64,000 nt of DNA, taken from the NCBI GenBank assembly GCA_016711215.1, contig JADJTL010000001.1, positions 1,910 to 65,909 of the forward strand, given 5' to 3'. Under the pieces are notes generated by a model. That model searched no databases, was not told the DNA's origin, and saw only the letters and a program-made list of their open reading frames with translations. Source of the DNA: Pseudomonadota bacterium. GTDB lineage: Bacteria > Myxococcota_A > Polyangia > GCA-2747355. Made by a program: the position numbers and the translations under genes. Each line of letters begins with the position of its first letter. The stretch's first letter is position 1. This document shows positions 18,582-33,354 of the stretch, one piece after another.

Positions 18582-20911
18582 TGGCGCTTCAGCCCTTAGA
18601 CGAAGGTCGATGCGAACGCCGAGGCGAAGGATCGGGCCGGTGCGAAGGGTCGGGCCAACGAGCGCGGCCCCCGGGGCCTCGGGGCGCGTGGTGGCGCGGC
18701 GAGCGCTGGCCGCTGACGATCGCCCTGATCGCCGCCGCGCTGGGGGGCGCCGCGCTCACGGCGCGGAGCGCCGCCGCCGAGGAGATCGTCGTGGCCATCG
18801 CCCCCGAGGGCCTGCGCTACCTCGAGCGCCAGCTTCCTGCCCTCGTGCCCCAGACCTATTCGATCGAGCCCACGGAAAAACGCGAGCTCTATAGCTGTTT
18901 GAACGTCGAGACGTCCCTGCGCGTGAAGGGCGGGACGGGCCGCGTCGAGCTCGACGGCGTGACGCTGAGGGCGACCGACGGCAAGCTCGTGCTCCAGCTC
19001 ACGGGCCGCGCCGAGGGGCAGCTCAGCTTCGAGCTGGACAACGTCGTTCCCTGCGTCTCGCCCAGCCCGAATATCGGCTGCGGCGTCGATTTTCGCTTCG
19101 AGGTCGACGCGCATGCGGAGCTGACGCCCGTGCTCGAGGCTGGTCGCATCCGCCTGCAGCAATCGACCATCGAGGTCGATGTTCCTCCGTCGGCGGTCGT
19201 GATCGAGCCCAGTGGCTGTGGCCGCGTCGAGAACCTGATCATCAACTTGGCGGTAGACGAGCTGCGTGGTCGGGCGGCCGAGGCTCTCGAGGAACGGCTG
19301 CGCAAGGTGATCATCGAGGAGCTCGTACCGCGGCTCGAGGCGTCGCTCGCGCGGCCCCTGAACTACCAGGCGACGACGAGCGCCGCTGGCGCCAGGGTCA
19401 CCGTGGCCGCGACGCTGGCCGAGCTGACGGTCGATCGCGACACCATCGGCGTCGGGGTCGACGCCGCGTTTTCGGCCGCTCCGGCCACGAGCTGTGCGCT
19501 CCCTGAGGTGGCCGCCCCGGCGACGGTCGTCGCCCGACCCAGCTGGTCCTGGCGCGGCGCGCAGCTCGGCGTGGCTCTTTCGACCTCGTTGCTCAACCGG
19601 GGCCTCTGGGCGGCGTGGCGCGCTGGCGCCTCGTGTTTCGCGCTCGACGCGGTCGCGGGGCTCGGCGCCGGGGTGGTGCGAGCAACGGCGCCACCGGTGG
19701 CGTCGCTGGTCCAGGGCGAGGGTCTGCGCCTCAAGCTGCGCTTCCCCGAGATCAGGGCCGAGTTTGGTCCGGGGGGCGCAACGGCAGCCGCGACCCTCGC
19801 GGTGGAGGGGGTTGCCCAACTCCTGATCGATCCCGGCGCCCGCGAGGCGCGTCTCGACTTGATCGCGCTCGACGCCGTGGACGCTCGCCTCGACACCGAG
19901 CTCGCCGACGCGCCCGGTCTGGACCTCGGCCGCCGGCTGGCCGCCGTGGGCTCCGCGCTGCTGGCGCAGCTGCACCAGCGCTACGATGGGCAGGTGGTCG
20001 TGCCGCTGAGCGTGGTGCAGCAGAGCGGCGGGGTCTGGGGCGAGAGCTTCCTTTACGTCGACCGGGTGCAGACGGCGCAGCACCACTGGCTGATGTACCT
20101 CAAGGCCTTCGCGCGCCCGGCCGAGGACATCCAGGCACCCCACACGAGCTGGGCCGAGCAGCCCGCTGGCACGGCGCGGCCCGAGGCCGTGCGCCTGGTC
20201 GCTAGCGGCAGCGACGATTTGACCCCGGGGCCCCTCTTGCGCTTCCAGTGGCGCGTCGGCGGCGCGGGCTGGAGCGCACCGAGCTTCGCGCGCACCTACA
20301 AGCCGGCGGCCAGCAGCGGCAAAGTGCTCGCGGACGGGATGTACGAGGTCGCCGTGCGCGCCGTCGACCTGAATGGCAACAGTGATCCGCAGCCGCTGAC
20401 GACGCGTTTTCAGATCGATGGCGTCGCTCCGACGGTGGCCATCGCCGGCCCAATCATCGCGGGCGAGACGCTGAGCATGCAGCTCTCCGCAGACGACAAC
20501 CTGACGCCCGCCGCCCGCGTGCGGGTCGCGCTGACGGTCGAGGCTGAGGCCGACGGGACGGTGATCTACAGTCATCCCTTCCAAGCCAACGTGCAGGAAT
20601 TCAGCGACCCGCTGCCCCCCGCTGGGCGCTACCGTGCGGTGGCCGTGGCCCGTGACGAGGCCGGGAATCGCTCGGAGCCCGCGAGCGTCACCTTCGACAG
20701 TCCGGGGCCTCCCGGGCCGGCGGCCCGTGGCCCCGTCAGCCCGCTCGCTGGCGGCGGGGGCTGTGCGCTGGGGGGCGCGCGTGCGGACGGCCTGGCCGCG
20801 GCGCTGCTGCTCTTGCTGGTGCTAGCGCTGGCTCGGGGCGTCTGGCGAAGGAAGGCGCGCGGTGGCGGATCCTACGCTGCCGTCACTTGCATCGACGCCC
20901 GCCAACGCTGA
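18582..20911 (+). CDS. large secreted protein with MYXO-CTERM-like C-terminal sorting signal
   Basis: Signal peptide WPLTIALIAAALGGAALTARSAAA. C-terminus is GGGGCALGG...AALLLLLVLALARGVWRRKARG: Gly/Cys motif, then hydrophobic helix, then Arg/Lys cluster. Confidence 0.6.
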
Positions 20912-21004
20912 TGTAGGTATCGCCTCGGCTCGGCGCGGCAGGCGTCGCCCGCGCAACGCTGCGTTGGCCTTTGAGACTAAGGCTTTGACGCGACCTGCCG
21001 CGCC

Positions 21005-21020
21005 TGGCATACGGATTGCT
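21005..21020 (+). promoter_or_regulatory. candidate sigma-54 (-24/-12) promoter TGGCATacggaTTGCT for glnB-glnA
   Basis: Matches the TGGCAC-N5-TTGCW consensus with correct GG/GC spacing. A 13-bp palindrome CAACGCtGCGTTG sits ~40 bp upstream (20954-20966). Confidence 0.45.
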
Positions 21021-21163
21021 CAACGGCCCGGCGCGGTGCGGCACGGCGTGCTGCGGCGCGGTGCGGGATGGCCCGGGGGCTGCTTCCCGGCCACCCCGCA
21101 GGTGTTGATCCGCCCGCAGGTGTCGATCCGATAGTGTGATGTGAGGTCTTGGCGCGAAGCCTA

Positions 21164-21591
<428 letters not shown>

Positions 21592-21797
21592 GCCTCGCGC
21601 CCGGGCTGCCGCGCGCGGCCCGGGGCGCCTACGCTCAGGTCGGAAGGTCGCGCTGGTAATCCGGACGGCTTGATTGTATGGAGTGGGCGCAGATGGCGCC
21701 CACGGGCGCGGGCCGCGCAAGACGGGCCCACTTCAGCGAGAGCACGAACCGATCAGCAAGTGAACGAAGCAAGAGAACGAACAAGGAGCAGAGGGAG

Positions 21798-23211
21798 CAT
21801 GAAGCCGAAGGATGTGTTGGCGTTCGCCGAGAAACACGGCGTCAAAATGGTCGATTTCAAGTTCCTCGACATGCCGGGAACCTGGCAGCACTTCGCGGTG
21901 CCGGTGTCGCGGCTCGAGGAGTCGCTCTTCGAGGATGGGTTGGGCTTCGACGGCTCGTCGATCCGCGGCTGGCAGCCGATTCACGCCTCGGACATGCTGG
22001 TGATCCCCGATCCGACGACCGCGCGCATCGACCCCTTCATGAAGGACTCGACGCTCAGTCTGATCTGCAACATCTTCGACCCGATGACGCGTGAGCCCTA
22101 CTCGCGCGACCCGCGCAACGTGGCCCAGAAGGCCGAGCGCTACCTCAAGTCGACCGGTCTGGCCGACACGAGCTACTTCGGGCCCGAGGCCGAGTTCTTC
22201 ATCTTCGACGACGTCCGCTATGACCAGACCGCCAACGGCGCCTTCTACCGCGTCGACTCGGTAGAGGGGCAGTGGAACACCGGGCGTGAGGAGCAGCCGA
22301 ACCTCGGCTACAAGCCGCGCTACAAGGAAGGCTACTTCCCGGCGCCGCCAACCGACAGCCTCGTCGACCTGCGCGCTGAGATGTGCCTCGAGCTCGAGAA
22401 GCTCGGCATCCCGGTCGAGGCGCAGCACCACGAGGTGGCGACGGCCGGCCAGTGCGAGATCGACATGAAGTTCGGTCCGCTCGTCGACATGGGCGACATG
22501 TTGATGTGGTTCAAGTACGTGATCAAGAACACGGCGCGCCGCAACGGTCGCACCGTGACCTTCATGCCCAAGCCGCTCTACGGTGACAACGGCTCCGGGA
22601 TGCACGTCCACGTCAGCCTCTGGAAGGGCGGCAAGCCGCTCTTCGCCGGCGACAAGTACGCCGGCCTGAGCGAGATGGGGCTGCACTTCATCGGCGGCAT
22701 CCTCAAGCATGCCCCGGCGATTTGCGCCTTCTCGAATCCGAGCACCAATAGCTACCGTCGGCTGGTGCCCGGCTACGAGGCGCCGATCAACCTGGCGTAT
22801 TCGAGCCGTAACCGCTCGGCCTCGATCCGCATCCCGATGTACTCGTCGTCGCCGAAGGCCAAGCGCGTCGAGTTCCGCACGCCGGATCCCTCCTGCAACG
22901 CCTATCTCGCCTTCAGCGCGATTCTGATGGCCGGCCTCGACGGCGTCGAGAACCGGATCAACCCCGGAGACCCGCTGGACAAGGACATCTACGCGCTCAA
23001 GCCCGAGGAGCTGGCCAACGTGCCGAAGGTGCCCTCCTCGCTGCCGGAGGCGCTCGAGGCGCTGAAGAAGGACCACGACTTCCTGCTGCGCGGCGACGTC
23101 TTTACCGACGACGTGATCTCCGAGTGGTACGAGTACAAGATGGAGAAAGAGGCCAAGCAGGTGCTGCTGCGGCCGGTGCCCCACGAGTTCGCGCTTTACT
23201 ACGACTGCTAG
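21798..23211 (+). CDS. glnA: glutamine synthetase type I
   Basis: 471 aa with GS motifs ([31 protein letters not shown]). Lies directly downstream of glnB. Confidence 0.9.
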
Positions 23212-23329
23212 AGCGACTCGCCCTACCGCGCGCGCTTTTCTGCTCGTGCGCGGTAGGCGCCCCCCTCTGCTCAGCCGCGAGAACCCCAAGAAGTAGTTCC
23301 CTGCGCCGACGCCGTGCGATGATGCGCCG

Positions 23330-24226
23330 ATGTTTGGTGCATGCGGTGGGTCAAGTTTGCGCGCGCTCGGGATGCTGGGCATCGCGGTGCTGCTCGGCGC
23401 TGGGTTCGCGAGCTGCTCGGCCTGTTCTTCGCCCCCGCCGGAGGCTCTTCGACCGGCGGCCCAGCGCGCCGCCTCGCGCTCAGCGAACGCCGAGGCGACG
23501 GTTAGCCCTCCAGCCGCTTCCCCGGGCGAAAGCGCACGACCAGCTGATGGTGGCGCGGCCCAGGTGGACGAGCTGGCAGCGCTGCCCGCAGTCGAGATCA
23601 CCCGCTCGACGCCCCCCGACGAGTTCCGCCAGCGGGTCGTCTACCAGATGCAGCAGCTGGCCGGCCACGACATCCGACGCTTGCAGGATGCCATCAACGC
23701 CGCGTACCTCAGTGCGGGCTGGCAGCGTGGTCGCGACGCGACCGCGGCCGAAGACCGACGGGCCCGTGCGCAGGCGTTGGCCTGGGGATTTTATTTGAAG
23801 TCCTTCCTCGCGCGCGGCCGCGACCTGCCCTTTGCCATGGATGATCTGGCCGATGGTCCGCTCGCCGAGCCGGCGACCGAGGCTCCTCGGCAACAGCTCT
23901 GGCGCCGGGCCGCCTGGCGGCCGCTGCAGGCGACCGCTGCAGCCGCCGCCCTCGCGCCGCCACCGACGACCGCCCCTGAGCCTCAGCGCGGAACCGTCGA
24001 CCTGGCGCAAAAGGCGCTGCGCCTCGACGCCGAGCTCGGTGCACTGGAGCATACGGTCGGTGCGATCAACGAGCAGCTCGCGCGCAACGAGCGGTGGATT
24101 CGCAGCCAGGGCCAGCGCGCGCCGGCGGCGCGAGAGGCGGCGCAGCGGTTGGTGAAGAGCGCGGAGCAGGCGATTGGCGCCACCGAGGCTACGCTGCTGC
24201 AGCAAACGCAGCGCCTGAGGCCTTAA
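23330..24226 (+). CDS. hypothetical lipoprotein
   Basis: Signal MLGIAVLLGAGFASC. Ala/Arg-rich with coiled-coil-like C-terminus. No family recognised. Confidence 0.5.
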   Translation: MFGACGGSSLRALGMLGIAVLLGAGFASCSACSSPPPEALRPAAQRAASRSANAEATVSPPAASPGESARPADGGAAQVDELAALPAVEITRSTPPDEFRQRVVYQMQQLAGHDIRRLQDAINAAYLSAGWQRGRDATAAEDRRARAQALAWGFYLKSFLARGRDLPFAMDDLADGPLAEPATEAPRQQLWRRAAWRPLQATAAAAALAPPPTTAPEPQRGTVDLAQKALRLDAELGALEHTVGAINEQLARNERWIRSQGQRAPAAREAAQRLVKSAEQAIGATEATLLQQTQRLRP

Positions 24227-24393
24227 GGCGCGAGTCCGCGGCGGCGGGTCTCGACAGCGCTGCGACCAAGCCTCCGTTGCGGCGTTAGAGCCGCCGCTCG
24301 GCCCCCCGCTGCGCGGGGGTGGGGGCTCGCGATCAGGCTTCCGCGGTGACGAGCGCCGCCGCCCGCCGCGCTGCCCACGTGCCCAATTTGCGC

Positions 24394-25803
24394 TCAGCGC
24401 TTGGCCTGGCCCGAGGGGCCGACGTGCGGGCCACCATCTGGTGCGTAGCCGAAGATACCCATCTCCGAGAGGTCCAGCCCGTTGATCTCGTCCTCCGCCG
24501 TGACGCGATTGCCGACCAGCTTGTCGATCAGCCAGAAGCACAACGCGGCGGTCGGCGCGACCCAGAGGATGTTCGCCAAGATGCCGATCACCGAGGCGCC
24601 GAGCTGGCCCGCGTCGCCATAGAAGAGGCCCGTGACGCCACGGGCCACGCCGTTGAGCCCCTGTCCGTAGGTCCCGTTGGCGAAGAGTCCGACCGAGAGA
24701 ATGCCCCAGATCCCATTGACCCCATGGACGGCCGACGCGCCGACCGGGTCGTCGATCTTCAGCTTTTGGTCGATGAACATCGCTGCGACGACGACCAAGG
24801 CGCCCGCGATGCCCCCGATGACCACGGCGGCCCACGACGAGACGAAGGCACAGGGGGCCGTGATCGCCACCAGTCCGGCGAGCATGCCGTTGGCGAGCCA
24901 GGTAGGATCGGGCTTGCCGAAGCGCCACATCACGTAGAGGTAGGCGCCGAAGGCGCCGGCTGCGCCCGCAAGCATCGTGTTGACGGCGACGACGGCCAGG
25001 CGCGTGTCCATACCGGCGAGCGTCGAGCCCGCGTTGAAGCCGAACCAGCCGAAGGCGAGGATGAAGGTGCCGACCATGACCTGGGCGATGTTATGCGCGG
25101 GGATCGCGTTCACCTTGCCGTCAGCGCCGTACTTGCCGATGCGTGGACCGAGCATCTTGGCCAGCACGAAGGCCATCACGCCGCCGGTCATGTGCACGCA
25201 GGAGCTACCGGCGAAGTCGACGTGGCCATGGCCGAGGCCGAAGTTGGTGCCGAGCGCCGCGAGCCAGCCGCCGCCCCAAACCCAGTTGGTGTAGATCGGG
25301 TAAATCAGGGTCGAGATGGCGAAGCTGAGCAGGATGAAGCTGGAGATCTTCCAGCGCTCGGCCAGCGATCCCGTCGGGATCGTCGCCGTCGTGTCCATGA
25401 AGACCATCTGAAACAAGAACATCGTCGCCACGGCCGGTGTGAAGGTCGTCAAGGGCAACATGAAGCCGGAGTAGCCGAAGAGCCCGAAGGGCTTGCCGAA
25501 GAGCTCGATCGTGAACTCCTTGGCCAACGAGGCGTCGCCGCCCAGCGTCCCGAGGGCACCAACACCGCCCATCTGGAGGCCGAAGCCGATGAAGTAGAAG
25601 CCAAGTACCCCGATCGCGTAGACGAAGAAGTTCATGCCCATCGTGTGGGCGACGTTTTTGGCGCGGGTCAGGCCGGCCTCCACCAGCGAGAAGCCCGCCT
25701 GCATGAACATCACGAGGAAGCCCGCCATCAGCGTCCAGACGATGTTGAGGGCGGTTTGGGTGTCGGCGACCTGCTGGCTGAGCTGGGTAATCGGATCGGC
25801 CAT
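24394..25803 (-). CDS. amtB: ammonium transporter
   Basis: 469 aa, 11-12 TM helices. Amt motifs (DFAGGTVVH-like DFAGSSCVHMTGG, GALAERI-like). Confidence 0.9.
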   Translation of the reverse strand: MADPITQLSQQVADTQTALNIVWTLMAGFLVMFMQAGFSLVEAGLTRAKNVAHTMGMNFFVYAIGVLGFYFIGFGLQMGGVGALGTLGGDASLAKEFTIELFGKPFGLFGYSGFMLPLTTFTPAVATMFLFQMVFMDTTATIPTGSLAERWKISSFILLSFAISTLIYPIYTNWVWGGGWLAALGTNFGLGHGHVDFAGSSCVHMTGGVMAFVLAKMLGPRIGKYGADGKVNAIPAHNIAQVMVGTFILAFGWFGFNAGSTLAGMDTRLAVVAVNTMLAGAAGAFGAYLYVMWRFGKPDPTWLANGMLAGLVAITAPCAFVSSWAAVVIGGIAGALVVVAAMFIDQKLKIDDPVGASAVHGVNGIWGILSVGLFANGTYGQGLNGVARGVTGLFYGDAGQLGASVIGILANILWVAPTAALCFWLIDKLVGNRVTAEDEINGLDLSEMGIFGYAPDGGPHVGPSGQAKR

Positions 25804-25854
25804 CGATTCTTCTCCTCGCTTTGCAGCGCGTTGTAGAGGACGCGCGTCCGCAAA

Positions 25855-25869
25855 GCACCGGGCGTGCCA
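25855..25869 (-). promoter_or_regulatory. candidate sigma-54 promoter for amtB (minus strand reads cTGGCACGcccgGTGCt)
   Basis: Reverse complement gives a perfect TGGCACG -24 element, 4 nt, then GTGC at -12. Perfect 12-bp palindrome GGACGCGCGTCC at 25838-25849 between promoter and ATG. Confidence 0.45.
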
Positions 25870-26062
25870 GACTGCGTGGCGCCTGGCCAGCCGCGAGGAG
25901 TGGTGCGGTTCCGAGGCCTTGTGCGGGCGGGGCGGGAGCTGGGCCGGCGAGTCGGGGCAGAGGGCGAAGCACGCCGCGGTGGGTTTCTCTGCAACTGGGT
26001 ACGCCGAGGTGGGTTCCCCGGCGCGGAGGCGGCCGACGCGGTGGCCGCCGGTCTCGAACGCC

Positions 26063-27520
26063 TCAGCTGCCCGTGAGCTGCGCGATGACGCTCGCCGCAG
26101 AATAGGAGGACTGTCCCCGCGGTAGGAAACGCAGGAGCCCGGCCAGGTCGTCGCCGGCGGTCACGAGTGGGGGCTCGGCGTAGCCGTTACGACGCTGCCC
26201 GAGACCGACGTTGGCCAGCAGCGCGTTACACAGGCACTTGCGTCCCTGCGCCTGCTCCGGACGTCCGCGCTTGAGCTCGAAGGTTCGGTCGCTCTCGGCC
26301 GCGCAGCGATAGCCGATCGTCCCGCCCTCGGCCTTGAAGGGGGTGCGGAGGTAGCCGACGTCGCAGATCCGACGGCGCTGCTGATAGACCTCGGCCTCGG
26401 AGAGCGTCTGCGGCAGGTCGAGCACCTTGAAGGGAAAGCCGGTTGGAGAGGCGTGGGCGTCGGTGAAGACGCAGGCCTCACCAGCGAGGACGCGGCGCAG
26501 GGTCTCGCCCTTGAGGTGCTGGTCGAGGCCCGACTCCTCGCAGAAGGCGAAGGCGGTGCCCACCTGGATGCCCGCCGCGCCAACCGCGAGCGCGTGCTCT
26601 AGCGCCTCCCGGCTGGCGCAGCCGCCGCCGACCCAGAAAGGGCGCCCGAGCTTCGCCACCTGCGCCAGGTCGATCTCGTCGTCAGGGCCGTAGACGGGCT
26701 GGCCCGCGGCGTCGAACTGTCGCCGGCCGCGCGGCGGCGCGTTATGTCCGCCCGCCGTCGACCGCTCGATGACGAAGCCCTCGGGTGGCACCTCGATCGC
26801 CTGCGCGAGGTGGGTCGCCAGCTCGACGGAGGAGACGATGGCGAGGAAGCGCGGCCGCCGCGGTGGCGGGGTACCGGCGTCGAAGAGCTCGGTTGGACTG
26901 AAGCGCACCCTGAAGTCGTCGGCGGGCGCGGCGTACTGGACCTTGAGGTCCAACGACACGTCCTCGTTGCGCGCCAGCTTGGTCAGGACCGCGCCGATCG
27001 GCGCGGGACTGCCGGCGCCGATGATCACGAAGTCGACGCCCGCGAGCATCGCACCGTAGAGCGATGCGAGCAGCGGAAGTTGGATCTTGAAGAGGAAGTT
27101 GATGCCGATCAGCCCGCCCTGGCCCTGCTCCTTGGCCAGCGTGACCTCGGCGAAGTTGGCGACGACCGAGAGCTCCTGCAGCGCGCGGGTCGGCTGCATG
27201 CCGTACATCGGTACGCCCTTGAAGGGCTCCGTCGGCGCCTGCCCTTCAGCGACGAAGTAGCGCTCGAGGACGCGCGTGGCCATCGCGGGCGCGGGGAAGC
27301 GCCCGAGGGCGCGCCGAAGGTGGCCGCCCGGATCGCCGAGCTGGAGCTGTCTGGCGTAGACGACCTCGAGCGCCGTGCCCGAGACGACGCCGAGCTGGCC
27401 GGTTCGCGCCACCGCCCCGGCAAGCTGCCAACCCGATATCCCGACGCCCATGCCACCTTGGATCACCCGCGGCAGGCCGCCGCCCGGCGCCGACGTTAGG
27501 GTAACGGTTGCGTCGTTCAT
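26063..27520 (-). CDS. nitronate monooxygenase (2-nitropropane dioxygenase-like) family oxidoreductase
   Basis: GGMGVGIS FMN-binding start motif and TIM-barrel NMO-like sequence. Start taken at MNDATVTL. Confidence 0.65.
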   Translation of the reverse strand: MNDATVTLTSAPGGGLPRVIQGGMGVGISGWQLAGAVARTGQLGVVSGTALEVVYARQLQLGDPGGHLRRALGRFPAPAMATRVLERYFVAEGQAPTEPFKGVPMYGMQPTRALQELSVVANFAEVTLAKEQGQGGLIGINFLFKIQLPLLASLYGAMLAGVDFVIIGAGSPAPIGAVLTKLARNEDVSLDLKVQYAAPADDFRVRFSPTELFDAGTPPPRRPRFLAIVSSVELATHLAQAIEVPPEGFVIERSTAGGHNAPPRGRRQFDAAGQPVYGPDDEIDLAQVAKLGRPFWVGGGCASREALEHALAVGAAGIQVGTAFAFCEESGLDQHLKGETLRRVLAGEACVFTDAHASPTGFPFKVLDLPQTLSEAEVYQQRRRICDVGYLRTPFKAEGGTIGYRCAAESDRTFELKRGRPEQAQGRKCLCNALLANVGLGQRRNGYAEPPLVTAGDDLAGLLRFLPRGQSSYSAASVIAQLTGS

Positions 27521-27634
27521 TGGCGTCTTCTTTCCGTGGTCTTGGGGCCGCATGTAGCACACCCGCTGACGACTACCAGCCGATTGTCATGAAGTGGTCA
27601 TCGGCCGGCGCGCGCGCTCTTGCCGCAGCGCGCG

Positions 27635-28315
27635 TCAGCGCTTCGGCTGGTAGAGCGCCTGGAGGTTGGCGCCGAGCAGACCCGCGTCGTAGCTGCGCTC
27701 GTCGATCAGGGGCAGCCCGCGGGCCTGCTGCTCGTCGACCAGGACGATCAGGCGCAGCTGCTCGGTGCGGGTCGAGATGCGATCGGCCGCGGCATCGTCG
27801 GTCAGCCAGCGGTAGCGGTCGAAGGCGCGGAGGTCCAGCGGGCCGGTGTAGCCACGCAGCGTCTTCTCGCGCTCGACGTTGAAGTACTGGGCGAAGTACG
27901 ACATCGCCAGCTCACGCACGCTGCGATACACGGGGTCGCGGTAGCGCAGGCCCGTGGTGTTGGACTTGGCGAGGGCGCCCCAGCAGCGGCCCTCGCGGAA
28001 GAGCGCCAGCAGGTGCTCGTCGTCGCGCCCGTTGGCCATCAGATCGAGCAGCAGCGGCTTGTGGCCGAGTCGTCGTAGCGCCGCGGCCGCGAAGAGCGCG
28101 CCGTCGAAGCAATGGGCGGTGCGCTCGCGGAGCACCCGCAAGGGGCAGCGGTAGAAGCTGTCGGGGCTGTAGCGCAGCGTCTCGAGCCAGGCCTGAATAG
28201 CGGGCGGGCTCGTCAGTCCCGCCATCAGCCGTCGCTCCGCCGCAGTCAGCGCCGCGTCGAAGGCCACGTCGGCTACCGATGGCTCCGAGGCGCGCGGCGG
28301 GCTGGAAGCGTGCAT
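27635..28315 (-). CDS. hypothetical protein, possible transglutaminase-like cysteine-protease fold
   Basis: Segment TAHCFDGALFAAAALRRLGHKP resembles the G-x-C-x-x-FA...R..G Cys motif of transglutaminase-like domains. The family call is weak. Confidence 0.4.
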   Translation of the reverse strand: MHASSPPRASEPSVADVAFDAALTAAERRLMAGLTSPPAIQAWLETLRYSPDSFYRCPLRVLRERTAHCFDGALFAAAALRRLGHKPLLLDLMANGRDDEHLLALFREGRCWGALAKSNTTGLRYRDPVYRSVRELAMSYFAQYFNVEREKTLRGYTGPLDLRAFDRYRWLTDDAAADRISTRTEQLRLIVLVDEQQARGLPLIDERSYDAGLLGANLQALYQPKR

Positions 28316-28371
28316 CCGTCGATCCCCTCGGTCGCGTCTCCGCCGAGTCTCAGTCGCGTCGCAGTCGAGAC

Positions 28372-29436
28372 TCAGTCGAGTCGCGCCAGGACTGCCTCGG
28401 TCATCGCGCTGGTCCCCAGTGTGCCGCCGAGGTCGCGCGTGCGGGCACCCTCGTTGATCGCGCGCTCGACCGCTTGCTCGATGGCGCGCGCCTCGGCCTC
28501 CAGGCCGAGCGAGTGCCGCAGCAGCAGCGCCGCGCTGAGCATCGTACCGAGCGGGTTGGCCACGCCCTTGCCCGCGATGTCCGGCGCCGAGCCATGGATC
28601 GGCTCGTAGAGGCCACGGCGGCCCTCGCCGGTCGAAGCGCTGGGCAGCAGCCCCAGCGAGCCGCCGATCACCGCTGCCTCGTCCGTGAGGATGTCGCCGA
28701 ACATGTTCTCGGTGACGATCACGTCGAAGGCGGCCGGCTGCGTCACCAGCCGCATCGCCGCCGAGTCGACGAGTTGATGCTCGAGCTTGATCGCCGGGTA
28801 CTCGGCCGCGACCTCGATCGCGACCTGGCGCCAGAGCCGCGAGGACTCGAGCACGTTGGCCTTGTCGACGGAGGTGACGTGGCCGCGGCGCTGCCCGGCG
28901 AGCTGACAGGCGAGGCGGACGACGCGGCGAATCTCGACGTCGGTGTATTCGAGGGTGTCGACCGCGCGCTCGCTGCCGTCCTCGCGCCGCTCGCGCAGCC
29001 GCGGCTGGCCGAAGTAGAGGCCCCCCGTCAGCTCACGCACGACCAGCAGGTCGACGCCCTGCAACCGCTCTGCCTTCAGCGGCGAGGCGTCGGCCAGCGC
29101 TGGATAGACCCGTACCGGTCGGAGATTGGCATAGAGGCCCAGGGCCTTGCGGATCCCGAGCAGCCCCTGCTCCGGGCGCACGGGCGCGCGGGGGTCGTCC
29201 CACTTCGGGCCGCCGACCGCCCCGAGCAACACGGCATCGGCGCGCAGACAGGCCTCGACGGTGGCCGCAGGGAGCGGCCCTCCCGTGGCATCGATCGCCA
29301 CGCCGCCGATCTGCTGCTCGTCGTAGCGCAGCGCGTGGCCATGACGCTTGGCTACCGCGTCGAGGAGGCGCCGCGTCGCCGCCACGATCTCCGGTCCGAT
29401 GCCGTCGCCGCCCAAGAGTACGATCGTTGCGTCCAC
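28372..29436 (-). CDS. leuB: 3-isopropylmalate dehydrogenase
   Basis: 354 aa with [14 protein letters not shown]-terminus and NLFGDILSD-like motif. Confidence 0.9.
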   Translation of the reverse strand: MDATIVLLGGDGIGPEIVAATRRLLDAVAKRHGHALRYDEQQIGGVAIDATGGPLPAATVEACLRADAVLLGAVGGPKWDDPRAPVRPEQGLLGIRKALGLYANLRPVRVYPALADASPLKAERLQGVDLLVVRELTGGLYFGQPRLRERREDGSERAVDTLEYTDVEIRRVVRLACQLAGQRRGHVTSVDKANVLESSRLWRQVAIEVAAEYPAIKLEHQLVDSAAMRLVTQPAAFDVIVTENMFGDILTDEAAVIGGSLGLLPSASTGEGRRGLYEPIHGSAPDIAGKGVANPLGTMLSAALLLRHSLGLEAEARAIEQAVERAINEGARTRDLGGTLGTSAMTEAVLARLD

Positions 29437-29512
29437 CGCTTCCCTCCGTCAGTGCTGCCTCAGTGCTGCATTCGCACCGATGCGTCTTGGTGTGGCCTGG
29501 CCAGGCGGCGCC

Positions 29513-30085
29513 TCAGCTCTGCTGCTGGGCCTCGAAGGCGGCGATCTGCTCAGCATGGCCCAGCAGGTAGTCGAGCTGATCGATGCCGCGCAGCAGGCAG
29601 TCGCGCGCGAAGCGGTCGATCGGGAACTCCGTCGCGGGGCCTCCCGGCCAGCGCAGGTGCTGGGCCTCGAGGTCGATCGTCAGCGCCAGGTCGGGCTGAG
29701 CCTGCAGCAGCGCGACGAGCTGCCCGTGGAGCGCGGGCGTGACGGCGACCGGCAGCAGGCCGTTCTTCAGCGCGTTGTTGCGGAAGATATCCGCGAAGGA
29801 GGTCGAGACCACGGCGCGGAAGCCGGCCGCGATGAGCGCCCACGGCGCGTGCTCGCGCGAGGATCCGCAGCCGAAGTTATCGCCGGTCACGAGCACCTGC
29901 GCGCCCGCCGCCGCCGGCTGATTGAGGACGAAGGAGGGTTCCTTGCGCCAGTCGCAGAACAACGCCTCGCCGAGGCCGTCCTTGTCGGTGACCTTGAGGA
30001 AGCGCGCCGGAATGATCTGGTCGGTGTCGATGTTGTCGATCGGCAGCACGACGGCCCGCGCTGTGAGTGTCTTGAACTGCGCCAT
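29513..30085 (-). CDS. leuD: 3-isopropylmalate dehydratase small subunit
   Basis: 190 aa LeuD/aconitase swivel domain ([17 protein letters not shown]). Confidence 0.9.
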   Translation of the reverse strand: MAQFKTLTARAVVLPIDNIDTDQIIPARFLKVTDKDGLGEALFCDWRKEPSFVLNQPAAAGAQVLVTGDNFGCGSSREHAPWALIAAGFRAVVSTSFADIFRNNALKNGLLPVAVTPALHGQLVALLQAQPDLALTIDLEAQHLRWPGGPATEFPIDRFARDCLLRGIDQLDYLLGHAEQIAAFEAQQQS

Positions 30086-30086
30086 C

Positions 30087-31523
<1,437 letters not shown>

Positions 31524-31567
31524 GCGAAGTCTCCTCGGGAACCCGGCGGGTGGGCCCCCTGCCTGCG

Positions 31568-33238
<1,671 letters not shown>

Positions 33239-33354
33239 CGCTCACCCCCAGGGCGCTGGCCCTCGCCAGAGGCGCCCGCCTGCTGCGCGCTCCACCGGTG
33301 ACGCCGCGGCCGCGCTCGCTTGCTGCGCGCGCGGTCCGCGCGTGGGCGCTGGTG

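Noticed and set aside
23221-23260. Stem-loop CCTACCGCGC...GCGCGGTAGG after glnA, as a terminator
   Set aside because: The T-run is inside the loop and not 3' of the stem, so it is kept only as a possible weak terminator.
24306-24325. Hairpin CCCCCGCtgcGCGGGGG between the convergent lipoprotein gene and amtB, as a bidirectional terminator
   Set aside because: No U-tract on either strand. It could still act as a factor-dependent terminator, but the evidence is weak.
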